This document shows, piece after piece, positions 13,712 to 27,740 of a stretch of 64,000 bases of DNA (positions within the stretch are counted from its first letter, which is position 1; each line of letters opens with the position of its first letter). A program made the position numbers and the translations under genes. Under the pieces are notes generated by a model. The model was not told the DNA's origin, ran no database searches, and saw nothing but the letters and a program-made list of their open reading frames with translations. Location: positions 4,088,013 to 4,152,012 of the forward strand of contig NW_019091360.1 of NCBI RefSeq assembly GCF_001949145.1, in the 5' to 3' direction. Source of the stretch: Acanthaster planci. Its lineage: Eukaryota.

Positions 13712-16193
13712 ATGAAGCCAATGGCTGCTACAGGACTTGCCAAGTTTGTTTTCATTATATTTCTCATGGGATGCCAGCTCCAGCTCATGCCAGCTAAGAC
13801 ATCAGAGACTTTTTTGTCTGGTTGTCTGGTCATCACCTTCAACCTTGAACAGTTGCACTTCGAATACAATCCAGTTACCAGATTTGTTGTTGATGCCGCA
13901 AAATTTGATAATCTTCCCTCTGCTGTAGTTCAGGAACGATGTGCTTCAGGCTTCTGCACTTCAAAATCACCAGTGGTTAAATACGGATATCTCTGTAAGC
14001 TCATCCCAGGTCAGGACCCACCTTCAGATATTACCATCTTTATGGATGTGCTGAAAAACCCAGGGCCAAAGGTGTGCATAGATTAACGACTTACTTACAC
14101 TCCAGATGAAATGAAAGCCATCAGATGCCGGATAAAACTTCATTTACCGAGCTCTACATATGATTGTTTAAAAACTTTTGATCTATTTAAAAAAAGACGA
14201 GGGAGAAAAGCAGGTCTTCGTCCTGTAGCTCATCAAACAGCTGACACGAGGATAACTCAGAAACAGTATGGCCAAGGAAGTGAAGTGACAGTTAGTGATA
14301 ATAAGGAGTATGATAATCAACAAATCAACAATGACCTCTTCAAACATTTTCAGCGTAGAGGAGTTCATATCATTCACCTGAATGTTAGATCATTATTACC
14401 AAAACTTTTGAATTGAAGACCATCACTCAAAAGTCTAAAGTTGCAATATTTGGAGTCTCTGAAACATGGCTGGATGATTCCGTCCCCAATGCTGAAATCA
14501 TGATACAGGGTTATTCTGTTCTCCGACACGACAGGACTCGACATGGCGGAGGGGTCTGTGTGTACATTAACAATGATCTTGTCTTCAATCAAAGAATGGA
14601 TTTGATGAGAGACAATATGGAATCTGTTTGGTTTGATTTACTCCTACTGAAATCAAAACCAATAATAATCAGTGTGTGTTATCGCCCTCCTAAAGACAAT
14701 AACTTTCTTGATCGCTTTGAAAACATTTTGTCAATTATTGGGTTAAATCATTAAATAATTATCGTGGGTGATTTTAACATAAATTTTCTATAGAAAAACT
14801 GTACTCAGTTTAGGGATTATAAAAATATTTTGGAACTGTTTGATTGCAAACAACTTATCAAGGATCCTACCCGTACTACTAATTACCTGTTCGACTTTAC
14901 TCGATCATGTTATTTGTAACAATGCAGACAAGATTAGCCAATCAGGGATTTTGAATTGGGGTTTGAGTGATCATTTTCGCATCGGTTGTTCTCGCAAGGT
15001 GTCAAAAAAGCCAAATTGTGGTGGCCATAAAAATAGCACTATCAGATCTCTTAGGGACTATAGCATAGAGGACTTTCTGTTTCAACTGTCCCATGCTGAT
15101 TGGTCTAATGTATATTGCAGTGATATTGATCAAGCCGGGAACTATTTCAAAAACACTGTTTTGCAAGTTCTTGACACTGTTGCTCCGAAAAAAGAGATCA
15201 GATTAAAGACCAGAACTGAACCCTGGTTTAATCATAAGATATCAGAAAATATTACGCTTAGTGATAAACGTCTTGGTAAATTAGCCAAAGATAAAAATAA
15301 CACTGATCTTTATAAAACTTACTGCCAAATTAGAAATAAGATCCAGAGGGATGTTAGGATTGCCAAAGCAAATTATCTCAGTCATAAGATTGAAGAAAAT
15401 GGAAACAATCCCAAAGGACTTTGGCACCAGTTTAAATCACTTGGGTACAGTAAGAAATGTAAGGATGAAACTAAAGTTGCACTTAAAATTGCTGGCGAGT
15501 TCTGTTTTGATACAAACAAAGTGGCAAATTATATGAATCATTTGTTTACTACAGTTGCTTCTGATCTGGTGAACAAACTGCCTCGCGCCCAAAATAATTT
15601 TGGGATTGAGTCTAGGGCTATTAGGAATTTTTATTGGAGCAGAGGTGGAGTCTCAAATTCTTTTAAGCTCTCTACTGTTTCGAGATATTTTGTTTACAAA
15701 GAATTACTCAAGTTAAATACCCCAAAAAAGTACTGGTTCAGATAATATTCCAGAGAAATTCTTGGATGGTGCATTCAGCTTAAAAGATCCTATTTCGTTC
15801 ATAATTAACCTGTCTATTTCCAGTAATATTTTTCCAAATGAACTGAAGCTTGCCAGAGTTAGGTCTGTATTTAAGAAAAATAGTAGATCAGATGTTGGCA
15901 ATTACAGACCTATTAGCATTCTCAGTACAGTATCCAAATTATTGGAAAAAGCTGTTTCTGTTCAATTGGAAAAATATTTGACTGATAATAAACTTGTTTA
16001 CAACTTTCGGTCGGGGTTTAGAAGTTCATAATCTACGCATACTTAATTCATCTCACTGACTACATTCCTTCTCAGATTGCCAAAGGAAAATTATACTGGT
16101 ATGGTTTTTCTGGATTTACAAAAGGCTTTTGATACGGTGGATCATTTTATTTTATGTAGAAAATTACAAGCCATGGGTGTTCATTTTGATTCT
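13712..16193 (+). pseudogene. LINE ORF 5' part (leader, 2A-like, basic motif, APE, RT N-terminus); disrupted
   Basis: ORFs 13712-14086 and 14111-14416 are in the same frame, separated by one TAA. Frameshifts near 14405, 14880, 15722 and ~16045; further in-frame stops at 14752, ~14790 and 16029. Confidence 0.88.
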
Positions 16194-18007
16194 TGTCACA
16201 GTGTGCTCACTTTATAGCCACTGCAACTGGAAGGACTGGATGCAGGCCAGAAAAATGATTGTAACAAAACCCAATCTGTACTATTCACAATATTTGATAT
16301 GAACTTATTTACAAAATTTCTCAATTCTATCATACAAAATATACACCATTTCATATTTACAATCAGATGTCTCTCAAGTGAGCGTAGCTACAACTCCGAA
16401 TTTGAATTAAATTAAACTTATCAAATGAATGTCTATTCACACAGGCATGAAAAATAGTATTTGCAATTCAAGTATGTGTGAATTCAAATTTTGAATTTAC
16501 TGTAAATTCACAAATCTAGTGCATCAAAGAGATATACACTTGATAGTTTCCAATTCCTTGTAATATAATGGCGTAAATTTTTAGCTCTGAAAAGCACCTC
16601 AAAATAAAAGAATTATCAATCAAAGTTCCTCCTAGGAAAACAAGTATTCGTAAGAAAAATGTAAGTATCAGTTCAATGAGTTTACCAGGTATGGTGGAAT
16701 TTGGTTCAATAGGCGAAATACCCAACAAACTGCAGTATAAACTCCAGAGAAAACAAGGTTGATTAAAAGTATGCCACAAGCTGGAATAATCTGAAAGGCT
16801 CAAGGCATGTACATGTACATAGAAGATCTTTAAGCCAAACTTGCAAGTGTTATCACTACATGTACGTCTGCTCTCAAATTTAAAATGTCTGACATACAGT
16901 TCGACGTAATATCAGTTCGTCCCTCCTTGATTACAAGAATCTGCCCTTGCTACCTTGCTCATCGACTCTGGTACATGTACATCTGCGGGACCACCTCCGC
17001 AACTTAGATGTGAACCCTCACTGCAGTGTGCTGTGACCAAGGTTACATCGGAATTCAAGAACCAGCCATCGAGCGTGAGGAGGAACTGAACTCATGCAGT
17101 CTTTGAGCCAAGCTCAGATCTTCAAGGCCATCTAATTGAAGCAATAATTCACCAAAATGCCAAATAGTATGGTACGATACAAAAATTTGTATCTCAATCT
17201 CGAACAGTCATTTCAAAGAAAACTTGTAAGAACTCAAACAACTATGATCAGTAATTTAGTATCAAGTTGATTTCGAACACATCTTTAACAAATTAGTTGA
17301 TGCCGTTAAAGTTCAAAATATCACTCCATCCAGTTTCTTGAGAGTCACAACCAAAAGCACTGATATATGACAAAATAACTTGAATTTAAACTTACGTTTT
17401 TCTCCATTTGTCTAAACTTGGAATGTCAATCAGCCGCTACGATGATCCTCACAACCAATTTCGCCTCATAAGCAGCCTGACAAATCTGCTACTGGCTGTG
17501 GCAAATGGCGCAACCAAAGTACAAAACTCGCGCGGCACTGGGATAGGGACTCAGCCCACACACCTTATCATCATGATGCATCTCTCAGGTCTCTGCTGTC
17601 TATCATTGTTCATCACATTTATACTCAGTTGTGCTCTGTTCACATTCAAATCGCCCACAGAACTTCAGCCTTATTTTCTTTATTCACACAACCTGTGACA
17701 AGTCTTTACAAAGGAAAGCTCCACTGCAATACAAAAGGACAAGATAGTGCATCCAAATTCCTAGTCTAAGTGGGTAAAAAATTTGCATGTAAGTACAGAA
17801 AGCCATGGCCTGGTCACTGATGTGTAACCTGAAAAAGTAAAGTGATGAATTAAACATGAAGAGAAAGTCTAATGAATAATACATGCCAAAGTTTAGTTCA
17901 GATTAATTGGGTACAGGAGCTGACACTGAAATAGAAAATATCTGATTAATTGACCTGATAGAAAAATAGGAATAAAATATGGAATTAATCAATGGAGAAT
18001 TCTGACA
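16194..18007. mobile_element. LTR-like insertion (probable solo LTR, 1814 bp) nested in the LINE RT
   Basis: Termini TGTCA...TGACA; perfect 5-bp TSD ATTCT at 16189-16193 and 18008-18012. Removing it rejoins the RT sequence AMGVHFDS|VDW(fs)FKSYLS. No gag/pol recognised inside. Confidence 0.85.
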
Positions 18008-19010
18008 ATTCTGTTGACTGGGTTTAAATCTTATCTCTCAAATAAATTGTTTGAATTAATCAAGTTGATTCTCAACCAATGAAAATAACATGTGGTGTTC
18101 CCCAGGGTAGTCTTTTAGGGCCTTTACTTTTTCCCTGTTGTGTAAACGACATGCAAATAAACGTTGGGTCAAATCTGTTGTTGTATGCCATCTTTATTTC
18201 CGGCAAGGACCCTCAAGCAATAGCCAATTGCCCAAGTGCAGAGCTGGAATCATGCAGACAATGGCTGATTGATAATAAACTACCTTTGCATGTCAGTAAA
18301 ACTGAGACTATTCTATTTGGATCTAAACAGAAACTCAGCAGAGTTGACAAATTTGAAGTAATTTGAGATGGGAAAATTATTAGCTTCTCAAATTGTGTAA
18401 ATTATTCCGATATTACACTGGATCAAAGTTTAATTTGTGAGAAGGTTGCCAATTCTGTCATCAAAAGGGCTAGTGCAAGATTACGTTTTTTATACAGATA
18501 TGCAAATTGTTTAAATGAGCGATCTCGTCAATTATCCTGTTCTGCTCTCATAACATGCTACATGCTACTGTTGCTCATCCTGGTTTTCTGCACTGTCTAC
18601 TAAGCTAAAAAGAGGTTGCAAATAACTCAAAATAAAAACATCCGTTTTATTCTAAGCCTAGGTCCCAGATCTCATACTGGACAAGCAGAATTGAATAGGT
18701 TGGGTTTTTAAATGTAAAAGATCAGGTAATACAGTTGAAATTGAATCAGGTTTATAAAATATTTCATGATATGGCACCAGATTATCTTTGTCAGAATTTC
18801 AAAAGAGCTTCAAATACGCTCAGTTATTCCACGAGGAGTAGTACAACCAATATTGTAGTTCCCTGTATAAAGGGGCCTGAATGCAACACTTTCTTCTATG
18901 CTGGAGTACACCTTTTGAAATTTGCTTCCCAATGAAGTAAAAAGTTGAATACTCGCCGAAAATTTTTTTAAAAGCAGCCAAAATATACCTGTCATCAAAA
19001 TCCAAATTTT
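18008..19010 (+). pseudogene. LINE ORF 3' part (RT core and C-terminus); disrupted
   Basis: ITCGVPQGSLLGPLLF..VNDM, WLIDNKL.LHVSKTETILFGS, VYKIFHDMAPDYL, YSTRSS, TFFYAG in shifting frames. Confidence 0.88.
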
Positions 19011-19355
19011 AAAATTTAAATTTTAAATTTGTGGGCTATTTTTCAAAATCTTACACATTTTCAAAAAAATTTATGTTAACCACCAGTGTATTTTTTAATA
19101 TTTTTAGTATTGTTTAAAAGTTTTTTTTGTGAGGACCCCAATGAAAATAAGCTGTTTATTACAGCTTTCTTGGGCTATCCTTGGATTCTGTCTTTTACTA
19201 TTCTTATTTTTTTGTATTTTGTACTGTGACTATTATTATAACATTGTCTTTTTGCCAGAATAAATAAATAAAGAACTGAACAGGACTGTAACATCCTTAC
19301 TGTGACTACATCATTGTCAATGTAGCCATTCTCAAAAACATACCAAACTGAGTAA

Positions 19356-19786
19356 AGCCGGGTTCGCACTGGACTTTTTTGGTCAACCTTTCCAAGATGA
19401 TGGTTACTTTTCCCATTTTAAATCCAGTGCTGGCATCACAGGAGATCCTCTCAGTTACTTAATTATTTCTACCGACCAACTTCTACCCCAGGAAAAATTA
19501 CCAAGACAATTTTCCCGAAACGGAAAGTCCAGTGCGGACAGCCTGAGTAGGTAAGAGCAGGGGGAAAGGGCCAAGAAGACCGTATATCCGGCCTGAGCAC
19601 AACGTTATGGTAAGGTCACGCAAAGTGCTCTCATACATAAGTCACTGCATTGCCAGGTCGTTTTAGTTACTTCCCCCCGTCTCGGTCGAAAGTCCAAGTG
19701 CGACAGTGGTCACATTTGACCATTTTTTATTTGATCATCGGCTCAGTAAAACCCACAGGGGAAAAAAGTCCAGTGCAAACATGGCT
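19356..19786. mobile_element. MITE, PIF/Harbinger-like (431 bp)
   Basis: Left AGCCGGGTTCGCACTGGACTTTTTT versus reverse complement of right end AGCCATGTTTGCACTGGACTTTTTT; flanks TAA / TGA. Internal AAAGTCCAGTGCG repeats near 19525 and 19689. Confidence 0.75.
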
Positions 19787-22700
19787 TGACAGCCTACATG
19801 TAGAGTTTCTTCCTGCATACTGGAGAACCTGTTTTCAAGCCCCTTTGATAACAGTGTAAAATCGATCGTTCAGGCTCAAAAGCATGCACACCAACATAAC
19901 TGACGTTTCTCAAAGAAATCAATTTTTATTTTGTCATTATCAGTAACCTTTCCACTCCTCTTCAATTTTCTTTTTTTTGGGGGGGGGGTTTAACCAATTA
20001 AATCATTTTTAATTATGCACACAAAACAGAATCACCCCCTGAAAGTGGAAGTTCCAAAGTCTGTACGCAGCCATTTTTCAAATGGCATCTCTCCACTTTT
20101 TCGGGCCAAACGGACCATTTTTCAACTGCATGTTTTATCCGTTCTGCCCTCAGATGGAAGTTCAAAGAACCAGGGAGTTGACCTTGGCAAAGATTTACAC
20201 AATCTCACCACTGGGAGGGGGCCAAGCAATCTCCTCTTTCAAAAGAAACTGTGGTGGCACTTTTCATGCTCACGAGCTTAGCAGAAATTATTGCTTGTGA
20301 ATTAGCGGACTGCACTCCTCAATATCACAGATCCCGATTTAACTGAAAGACATTATGGTGCTTGCCTCCAGGTAACAGAAGAAAGGACGAGTAATTCCTT
20401 TAGGTGTCTTCTATACTAAAGGTTACTACAATGTTTTTTTCCTTTGAAGACTGAAAGAACAACAAAAGTTAAATATAGGAGCAAAGTACATGTAGTCCCC
20501 TACGTTGATTTCATGACAAAAGATATTTTCGAGCATCGAGTAAGGATTATTTAAGGATGAAATCCCATTATCGATGCAAGACAACATCAAAAGCTATGGC
20601 CAATTTCCTGGATGTCGCCGTATAAAGGGGGAAAAAAATCAAGATCTGACACTACCAGTATCTGTACCAGTAAAAGTGAAGTGAATAACGCTTGAGATTG
20701 CTCAGGGAGTGACTGCACTCAAGCCAGTGTCCATCCCAAGTGTCAGCTAGCATTCAAACTACAGACTGGAACTAAAATCCAACCAAACCTCAAGATTTCT
20801 ACAGAACTTTGAGAGAAAGTCTTAAAAGATGAGAAGTCAACCAGACAATCTGATTCCATACTAGCCTGGTGAGTAGATATTTAGGTTTCACTTTCAAAAG
20901 CAATTGGCATGATTATCTATATCTCCTTGATAGCCATCAGTGATTGCCATGATAGCAAATTGTTACTAAAAGAGTTAGCATGCCTTTTTCAAAGACCGAA
21001 ATTGTTCACAAATTTGATGTTTTTCCAGCCAAAAAAAAGCCAAATTTTTCAGGAATCACTAAATGTGTGTTTCTATTTAAAAGTGCAGATGAACAAAAAG
21101 AAAGTAAGAAAAAATAACAAATGACTTTTTTTTAAATGTAAAATGCTCTGAGAGGGCTTGGTTTTGATTACAACTTGCAATCTAGGTAATGTTCTCATGT
21201 CTCTCTCCACACATAGCCAATTGACTTCAGTGTTTACTTAGACAACACTCCTGGCTGTTTTTTAATCTCACTGTCTTTGCATGACAGTGTGTAGAACACT
21301 GAGGTGAATGTTAAGAACCGATCTCAAATTAGAACAGAGAGGAACATCTAATTATCCCTGACTTTAAAGGGGAGATGAACCCCCCAAACAGGTGATGTCT
21401 TATTAATCCTGTGATGTCTTATGAAAGCAACATGTACGTGTACATATCCCTCCCACTTTCATGCATTACGGGTACATGTACATGTAGGTCAAAAGCTGGG
21501 TAATTTCATTTTCTGATCTAGCATCAGCAATGATGCTTATATTTACAATGCATATATCACACAATACAAGTACTGATATATGTGCAATTTATGTGTGCAT
21601 GCTTCAGCACATTGTTGTGTGTCTGGAAGAAGGAGGTAAGCGCTTACGCCCTTTTGCCAGGAAGCATGATCACTGCAAAAAAACCTTTTCCCAGCAAAAG
21701 GACGTATGTATGAAACTGTTTTATTTTAATCAAATATAAAGATTTCTTTGCAAAAAGAAAAAAAAAATTCCCAAGTCGTTTAATAAAGTTGTTCAAAGGT
21801 TTCTTTTTGTACAATCTATGTTGATTTTGTTGTAAATTTTATCCGTTTTTATTAAATTTCTTACATGTACATCCTTTTGTCGGGCACATGACAACATACA
21901 GTTACAATGTACATGTATACATTTTGAAGTAGAAACTTAACTTTCTCTAAGATGTAACAGAGCAACAAGCAAGTCATCTTAATGCAGCAAATATGTTTAA
22001 CTTATCTCAATTCACATTAATTGAAAGTCCATTCATGTGAAACATGCAATTACTGGACAGAGATACCCGTACATGGTAGATATGACCAGCACTATTTACA
22101 TGTTCATACATTGCAAGTAACTAATGAGCCAATGTATTTTTGATGGATCAATGGAAAGCCTCAAAGAATGTCAATGAATAAACTCCACTCAGACAAGATA
22201 CATGTACCACAAAAATACTGTCATCATTTGGTTTCTACACTTTGACATCTCATGCCTCTTCATTGCAAAAACACAAGACTATATGCCTCAGTTATGAAAA
22301 TATTTACAGATGGAGGAGGAAGCACATATACATCTATACACTCAGAACAGAGGAGTGTAAGGCAGAATGCACGGTACTCAACCGATGAATACAAACACTG
22401 ATGCAGTACTCGCCACGGTGAAAGTCATTTTCGAGAGGGATGCTCTCCAAGAAGAAGAAAAGATTCCTTTGGATTAATGATGGAGATGTCAGGGGCAGTA
22501 CATATATCAATTAGAGAAAACAGCCAATGATAGGTACAGTCTAAACACAGGGGAAAAGTTTGTAGTTTTAGTGTGCATAAATCATGCTCTTATTTATGCT
22601 TTCAAACGGAGCACTCACAAATATGAAATGAAGATGGACTATGGTAAGTGTCCGATAACGTAAGGAGGTTATGGTTCTGACGTCGCAAAGTGCAAGGATG

Positions 22701-25166
22701 TTTACAACCTTCTCCATCATAGTTCAGATTGACCCATTTTCATACGCATTTTCCACATTTTTGAATGTGATTGTTTTCCACATTTTCATTTTTATTTTGG
22801 AGAACTGATACAGAGACCATCCTTCAGTATTTCAAAATGTGTGGGTGGTAATCTACAGTAGCCTTGAAGTGTGCAATGTACACCTCTAGCATATTTCAAA
22901 ACTTTTCATATGTTTTGTCAATGACTTGAAATTTTATTTCAAATTAATTTTTTCATCAATTGTTTTTAGTTTTTCAAACTTAAGAGTCAATACATGTACA
23001 GGTACATGATTTGTAAAATCCCAAAAATGGGACTGCTGACTTAGGAAATGCCTTCATTGAAAATAAGTGAATAAAGGTAATGGTTGAACTCTGAGATCTT
23101 TGTGCCCAAAATTCTGTCACTTTTGAGAAAACAGAAATTTTGCCAGATATGATGAAACTGGAAAGAATAAATGCACCTGAAAAGATTCATGTGGAACATG
23201 TAATTTAGTATTCTTCTGAGAGATTTCCATAAACCTGAAGGCAGAAATTGGATGAGATGTTTAAGGTTGCTATCAGCTGCTCCAGGATACAACTCCATTT
23301 GCCTCATTGTTCCCACTGCATCATGATACATTACTCATCTAGACTTTCTCCCTTTCAATTTCCTGATAAAACACTCCATTACAGCATGCAGCAACATCTC
23401 TCTGTTTACACTGAGATATTTGGATTCTATTCTGTTCACTTAACATTATAAGCTGAAATCACAAGCAAGCATGAACAGTTTCATGTACAAAAGTTACTCT
23501 GTACGTTAGTCAGTGCTATAAGTAGACTTAGCTAAGTGTGACTAACATACATGTAGATGTACCACCATTGAGCTTATAATGTATAAATGCTCAACATACA
23601 TGTACGCCAGGACAATCTGGTATTTTAACACAAAGGAATTTGCACTGGAAGGCAGTATTTTTACCTGTGAACCTAAGGCAGCAATTTATGACTACATCAA
23701 ACAGGTAAAATTGTGTCATCAAGAATACAACATTTGTAGAAAGTAAACTGGTGCCAATAAAATGTTCAGCGGGCAAACTGAATTTTATCTTTTTCATATG
23801 TATAGTCATGAGTGGAATCACATCTCAAACAAGTTTGGAGCCAAATGGACACTTGCTTGATGAGATCATTTCTGAGAATTTTTATTTAATGAATTGCATC
23901 TTCCTTTTTACTTGAAAATGTTGGGCAGCAAGTTAAGATGACACTGCAATTCAAGCGATTACTTGGAGGGGATTTACAGATTCTTGCAGTAACATGATCA
24001 CATCTGTGCAAACACTGGATGGTTGAAGTTCTAGCCTTTGGTCACTTGCTTGTTGGCCCAACTGATGACTGAACGGAACAGGGTTTGTTTGAGCAAGCCA
24101 ACGCACTTGGGATTGAGCAAATAAAGGAAGAGTGACTGTATCTACTATACCAGAATGAAAAAAGTTGAATATTTACAAGGCTACATGGGATGCACAGTAC
24201 ATGCCATCACTATAAGAACAAACCGCACATTCATTCAACTAGTTTGGATATTCTAGTAATAGCCTTTACCAGCCCATTTATGCAAAAACTATTGAAAAAT
24301 ACTATTCAATATTAAAAAACGACTTAATCTACTAAACTAGAAAACTGTTCACCAAGTGGATCAATAGTATATTTATTGCATGACAGACAGACCTTAGTTT
24401 TTGCATCATAGGGACTTCTGATTTCAAATATATTTGGAATGTTATACAGTTTATCAGTATGGCCCTTCGACCTTTATACGAAATTCATCTTTTTGCTCTG
24501 TAATAAGTACCAGTCAAAATCCTATCCAAACCACCACCTGGAACTTGGAATAATCAACTCAATATGGAGCCAAACAAAGCCACATAATGCAAAGGCATCA
24601 ATATATATCTGAATTAATTCACTCCAGCTTAAAAAAGACAGGTTGTATGCATGACCTGCATTAGAATTTGACAAAGGTACCCAGTATGGAGAGAGCTTTA
24701 TTTATACTAAAGCCAAATGTGTTCCTCATTATCTGGCTTTCTTTGCTGGTACTGTGCTCCCCAAAAAATTCATGGCAGAGCCGTAAACCAATACTTTCCT
24801 CTTCAGTTGAGTGAATGAAATGCTTTTGAGCAGTTTTTTGTGGGGGGGGAAGGAGTGATCCGTTTATCCTAAAATAAATATTAATCACAATGGTCTTTAC
24901 AATTATCGACTTGGGATTTGAAACAAGATACATGTTGTCTTGACCAAATTTTAGCAACACTGCCTATCCCTGTCATTATTCAGGAAAGAAGTTGGCTTTC
25001 AAATATGTAAAGGTTTAAGTTTCTTCAAGTATTTGGTAGCAGAGCAAGGGGGAGATGAGAAACAGCCAAGCAACAACAGAGCACAGCAACAGTGGTACAC
25101 AGCATAGCATACAACACAACGCGGCCCAAGAACAGCAGAACTCTGACAGAGCAGAAGCATAGCCGG

Positions 25167-25496
25167 NNNNNNNNNNNNNNNNNNNNNNNNNNNNNNNNNN
25201 NNNNNNNNNNNNNNNNNNNNNNNNNNNNNNNNNNNNNNNNNNNNNNNNNNNNNNNNNNNNNNNNNNNNNNNNNNNNNNNNNNNNNNNNNNNNNNNNNNNN
25301 NNNNNNNNNNNNNNNNNNNNNNNNNNNNNNNNNNNNNNNNNNNNNNNNNNNNNNNNNNNNNNNNNNNNNNNNNNNNNNNNNNNNNNNNNNNNNNNNNNNN
25401 NNNNNNNNNNNNNNNNNNNNNNNNNNNNNNNNNNNNNNNNNNNNNNNNNNNNNNNNNNNNNNNNNNNNNNNNNNNNNNNNNNNNNNNNNNNNNNNN
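25167..25496. other. Assembly gap (N run)
   Basis: 330 N, flanked by low-complexity CAG/ACAG-rich sequence. Confidence 0.99.
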
Positions 25497-26779
25497 TAGC
25501 AGAACGCTGACAGACCCGAGAGCCAAGACCAAAGCACATAGTACAGCAGACATGTATTAGATAACTTGGGTTCAGACACAGCAGCATGATGGGAAAAAAA
25601 GGGTGGGGTCAGGAAACTTGGTAAAGATGGGGCAGAGTACAAAACAGAATACAAAACGTCCAACATGTACAAGCCACTACGACACAAGCCTTTTGTTTCT
25701 TTTACAATATATAAATTTGTGCACTCCATTGCCTAAATGTCATTAAGTGAGAACAAGATCAATATGCTGTTTTTCATTTAACAGTCTTCAACTGCTTGCA
25801 TACACACACTGATGAGTCACTGAGTGAATCTGTGAAGTGGATAGCAAATAACGGAATGTTTGTAGACCACCAGCTTGATATGAGATTCTGTAATTCACAC
25901 TAGTGCCTACATGTAGACACTGGAAAAAATGAAGGCTTTACATTTTAATTTGGAATAGAGTTTGCTCTGCAATTCATCACAGTGAGTACTACTAACGTGA
26001 TACAAAAATAAGTGGTGTTGATCATTCCAACTGACTTTTGAATTTTAAAGTGATATCTAGAAAGAATCAAACTCTGCTACAGGAAACTGGCTCAGAGGAC
26101 TGTTAAAGCTCTGAGAAGGCTTTTTTAAAAGTGTATGCTTTTATTTTCCACATGTATTGGAAATCTGGTTGATTGTGATCAAGTTCAAATGACTAATGTA
26201 CAAAGGTCAACAGACACTGGTTTTGTGAAGCAGTTACATACATCGTTTCTTCTCAAAAACAGTTCTTTTAATCAACAAAACAAATTTTCCTTTTTAGATC
26301 ATGACATGAACAGCAAAGAAAGACTGACATGCCTTCAAACCGGCATGTCAGAGACAAACCCAAACCCAATTTTCCAAACCTTTCTTGAATGAAAAGAAAA
26401 GAAAAAACTGTGTACACAGATTTTCAAAAGGGCTAGGATTATTATTCAATTTCAAAAACTCGAACACCAATTCTTCAATCAACCTCAATCACCATCCTAA
26501 ACTGTCTCTGTTCATGACAACACTAACAATCTGTACATGTCGAGAAAAATGCCAAATTTTGCTACAATGTACCGGTACATGAAGTATTGAGTGAGAAGTT
26601 CCTACCAGGGGTAGCTGCCATCAAAAAGAACCGAAGACATTGTGATCATCCCAATGTCTCTGATCAACAATAAGCACTGGGTGAATCTGTAGGAATGGAA
26701 CTGTTTTCTTCTTGTCTATTAGTAATTGTTCATTCTATGGGGATTCATTACTTGTCATAACACCATACGCGTAATATGA

Positions 26780-27740
26780 TGCCTGATCACAGACTAGAAA
26801 TTGTATCATGCAGCAATGTCCTATAGACCAGTAACTAAATCCATTATCAAGATGCCCCATTGGAGATTCAGTATGCTGCAATGCCTTGGGGGATAAACTG
26901 GATGCTTGACAACATTTCTAAATGGATGTAACATGAAACTCTAACAAGGTCTCCTCTTGCTCCTACCTTTGAAGAATGGATGAGATTTGAAGCTTTCCAT
27001 GTGGAGGTAGCAAGTAAACTAGATAGGTTGGTGGTAGCACCATAGATATATCTCTTTTTTGAGTATGTGGGGTTCTGAAAAGAACCAGTGGTACTCATTG
27101 TTCAGGACAGTATGTTCCGTCCGTCATCGAAAGACTGCAGATGGTCCAGTGATGAGGCAGCTTATATGGTGTGTAGAGGGCAGTGAGGTGTGAAGAGGAT
27201 GCTAACTTCAGATCCAACTGAAGTCAATGGGGTGCTGGCAAACCAGTGAGGCGTGTCGGTCTGATGGAGGGGAGTGCGGGGGGGGGAAGGTAGCTAGGGG
27301 TATAGGGGACCCATAGACAGATATGTCCTAGGGTACAGGGGACTCATTGGACTGAGATGTGAGGATGGGTGTTAGGGTTCTTACTTTGAAGAATGATTGC
27401 AATGTGCCATCTTCAGTACAACCAATCCCAAATAAGCAAAATCTGTTTAGATTTTTTCACACTGACCTGGTAATAAATAATTGGTCATGCCAAAATGCGC
27501 CTTATAGTTAATGTTTTCCTGGGCTGATCTTGATAGAAGCACCACAGGCATGAACACTATCGATATGTCAAAATATGACAAGGATTCTACCCTGAGATTT
27601 TTGGATGATGTGATTAAGTATTATAGTGACTCATATTGGCATTGATGTGACTTGGTAAGTCCTTCGAAAATGCATGGGCTGGATAAAAAAAGTTGGTGTT
27701 TGCATGATCAATGCCTCTGGTAATGATAAATCTGGGCAAT
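26780..27740 (-). mobile_element. Degraded CR1-type LINE RT fragments
   Basis: Minus-strand translation fragments GATTNLSSL...GARGDL resemble the CR1 C-terminal ATKL...RR.RGDL motif. Upstream pieces resemble the HGFR and D..KAFD regions. Heavily frameshifted; boundaries approximate. Confidence 0.45.

Larger units (their letters stand above)
13440..19272 (+). mobile_element. Near full-length but inactivated CR1/L2-group LINE (single ORF: leader + 2A-like motif + APE endonuclease + RT), interrupted at 16194-18007
   Basis: APE motifs HLNVRSL, GVSETWL, RHDRTRHGGGVCVYI, CYRPP, GDFN, LDHV, SDH (14370-14975). RT motifs NYRPISILSTVSKLLEK, FLDLQKAFDTVDH, WFKSYLS, GVPQGSLLGPLLF. Catalytic YADD is reduced to YA by a deletion (~18190). 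Several stops and frameshifts. 3' stem-loop GAGGACCCCAATGAAAATAAG...GGGCTATCC and (AAAT)n tail ending ~19272. 5' boundary approximate; no TSD found. Confidence 0.93.

Noticed and set aside
24999..25729. Long ORFs of 135-234 aa
   Set aside because: Artefacts of reading through the N gap and low-complexity flanks.
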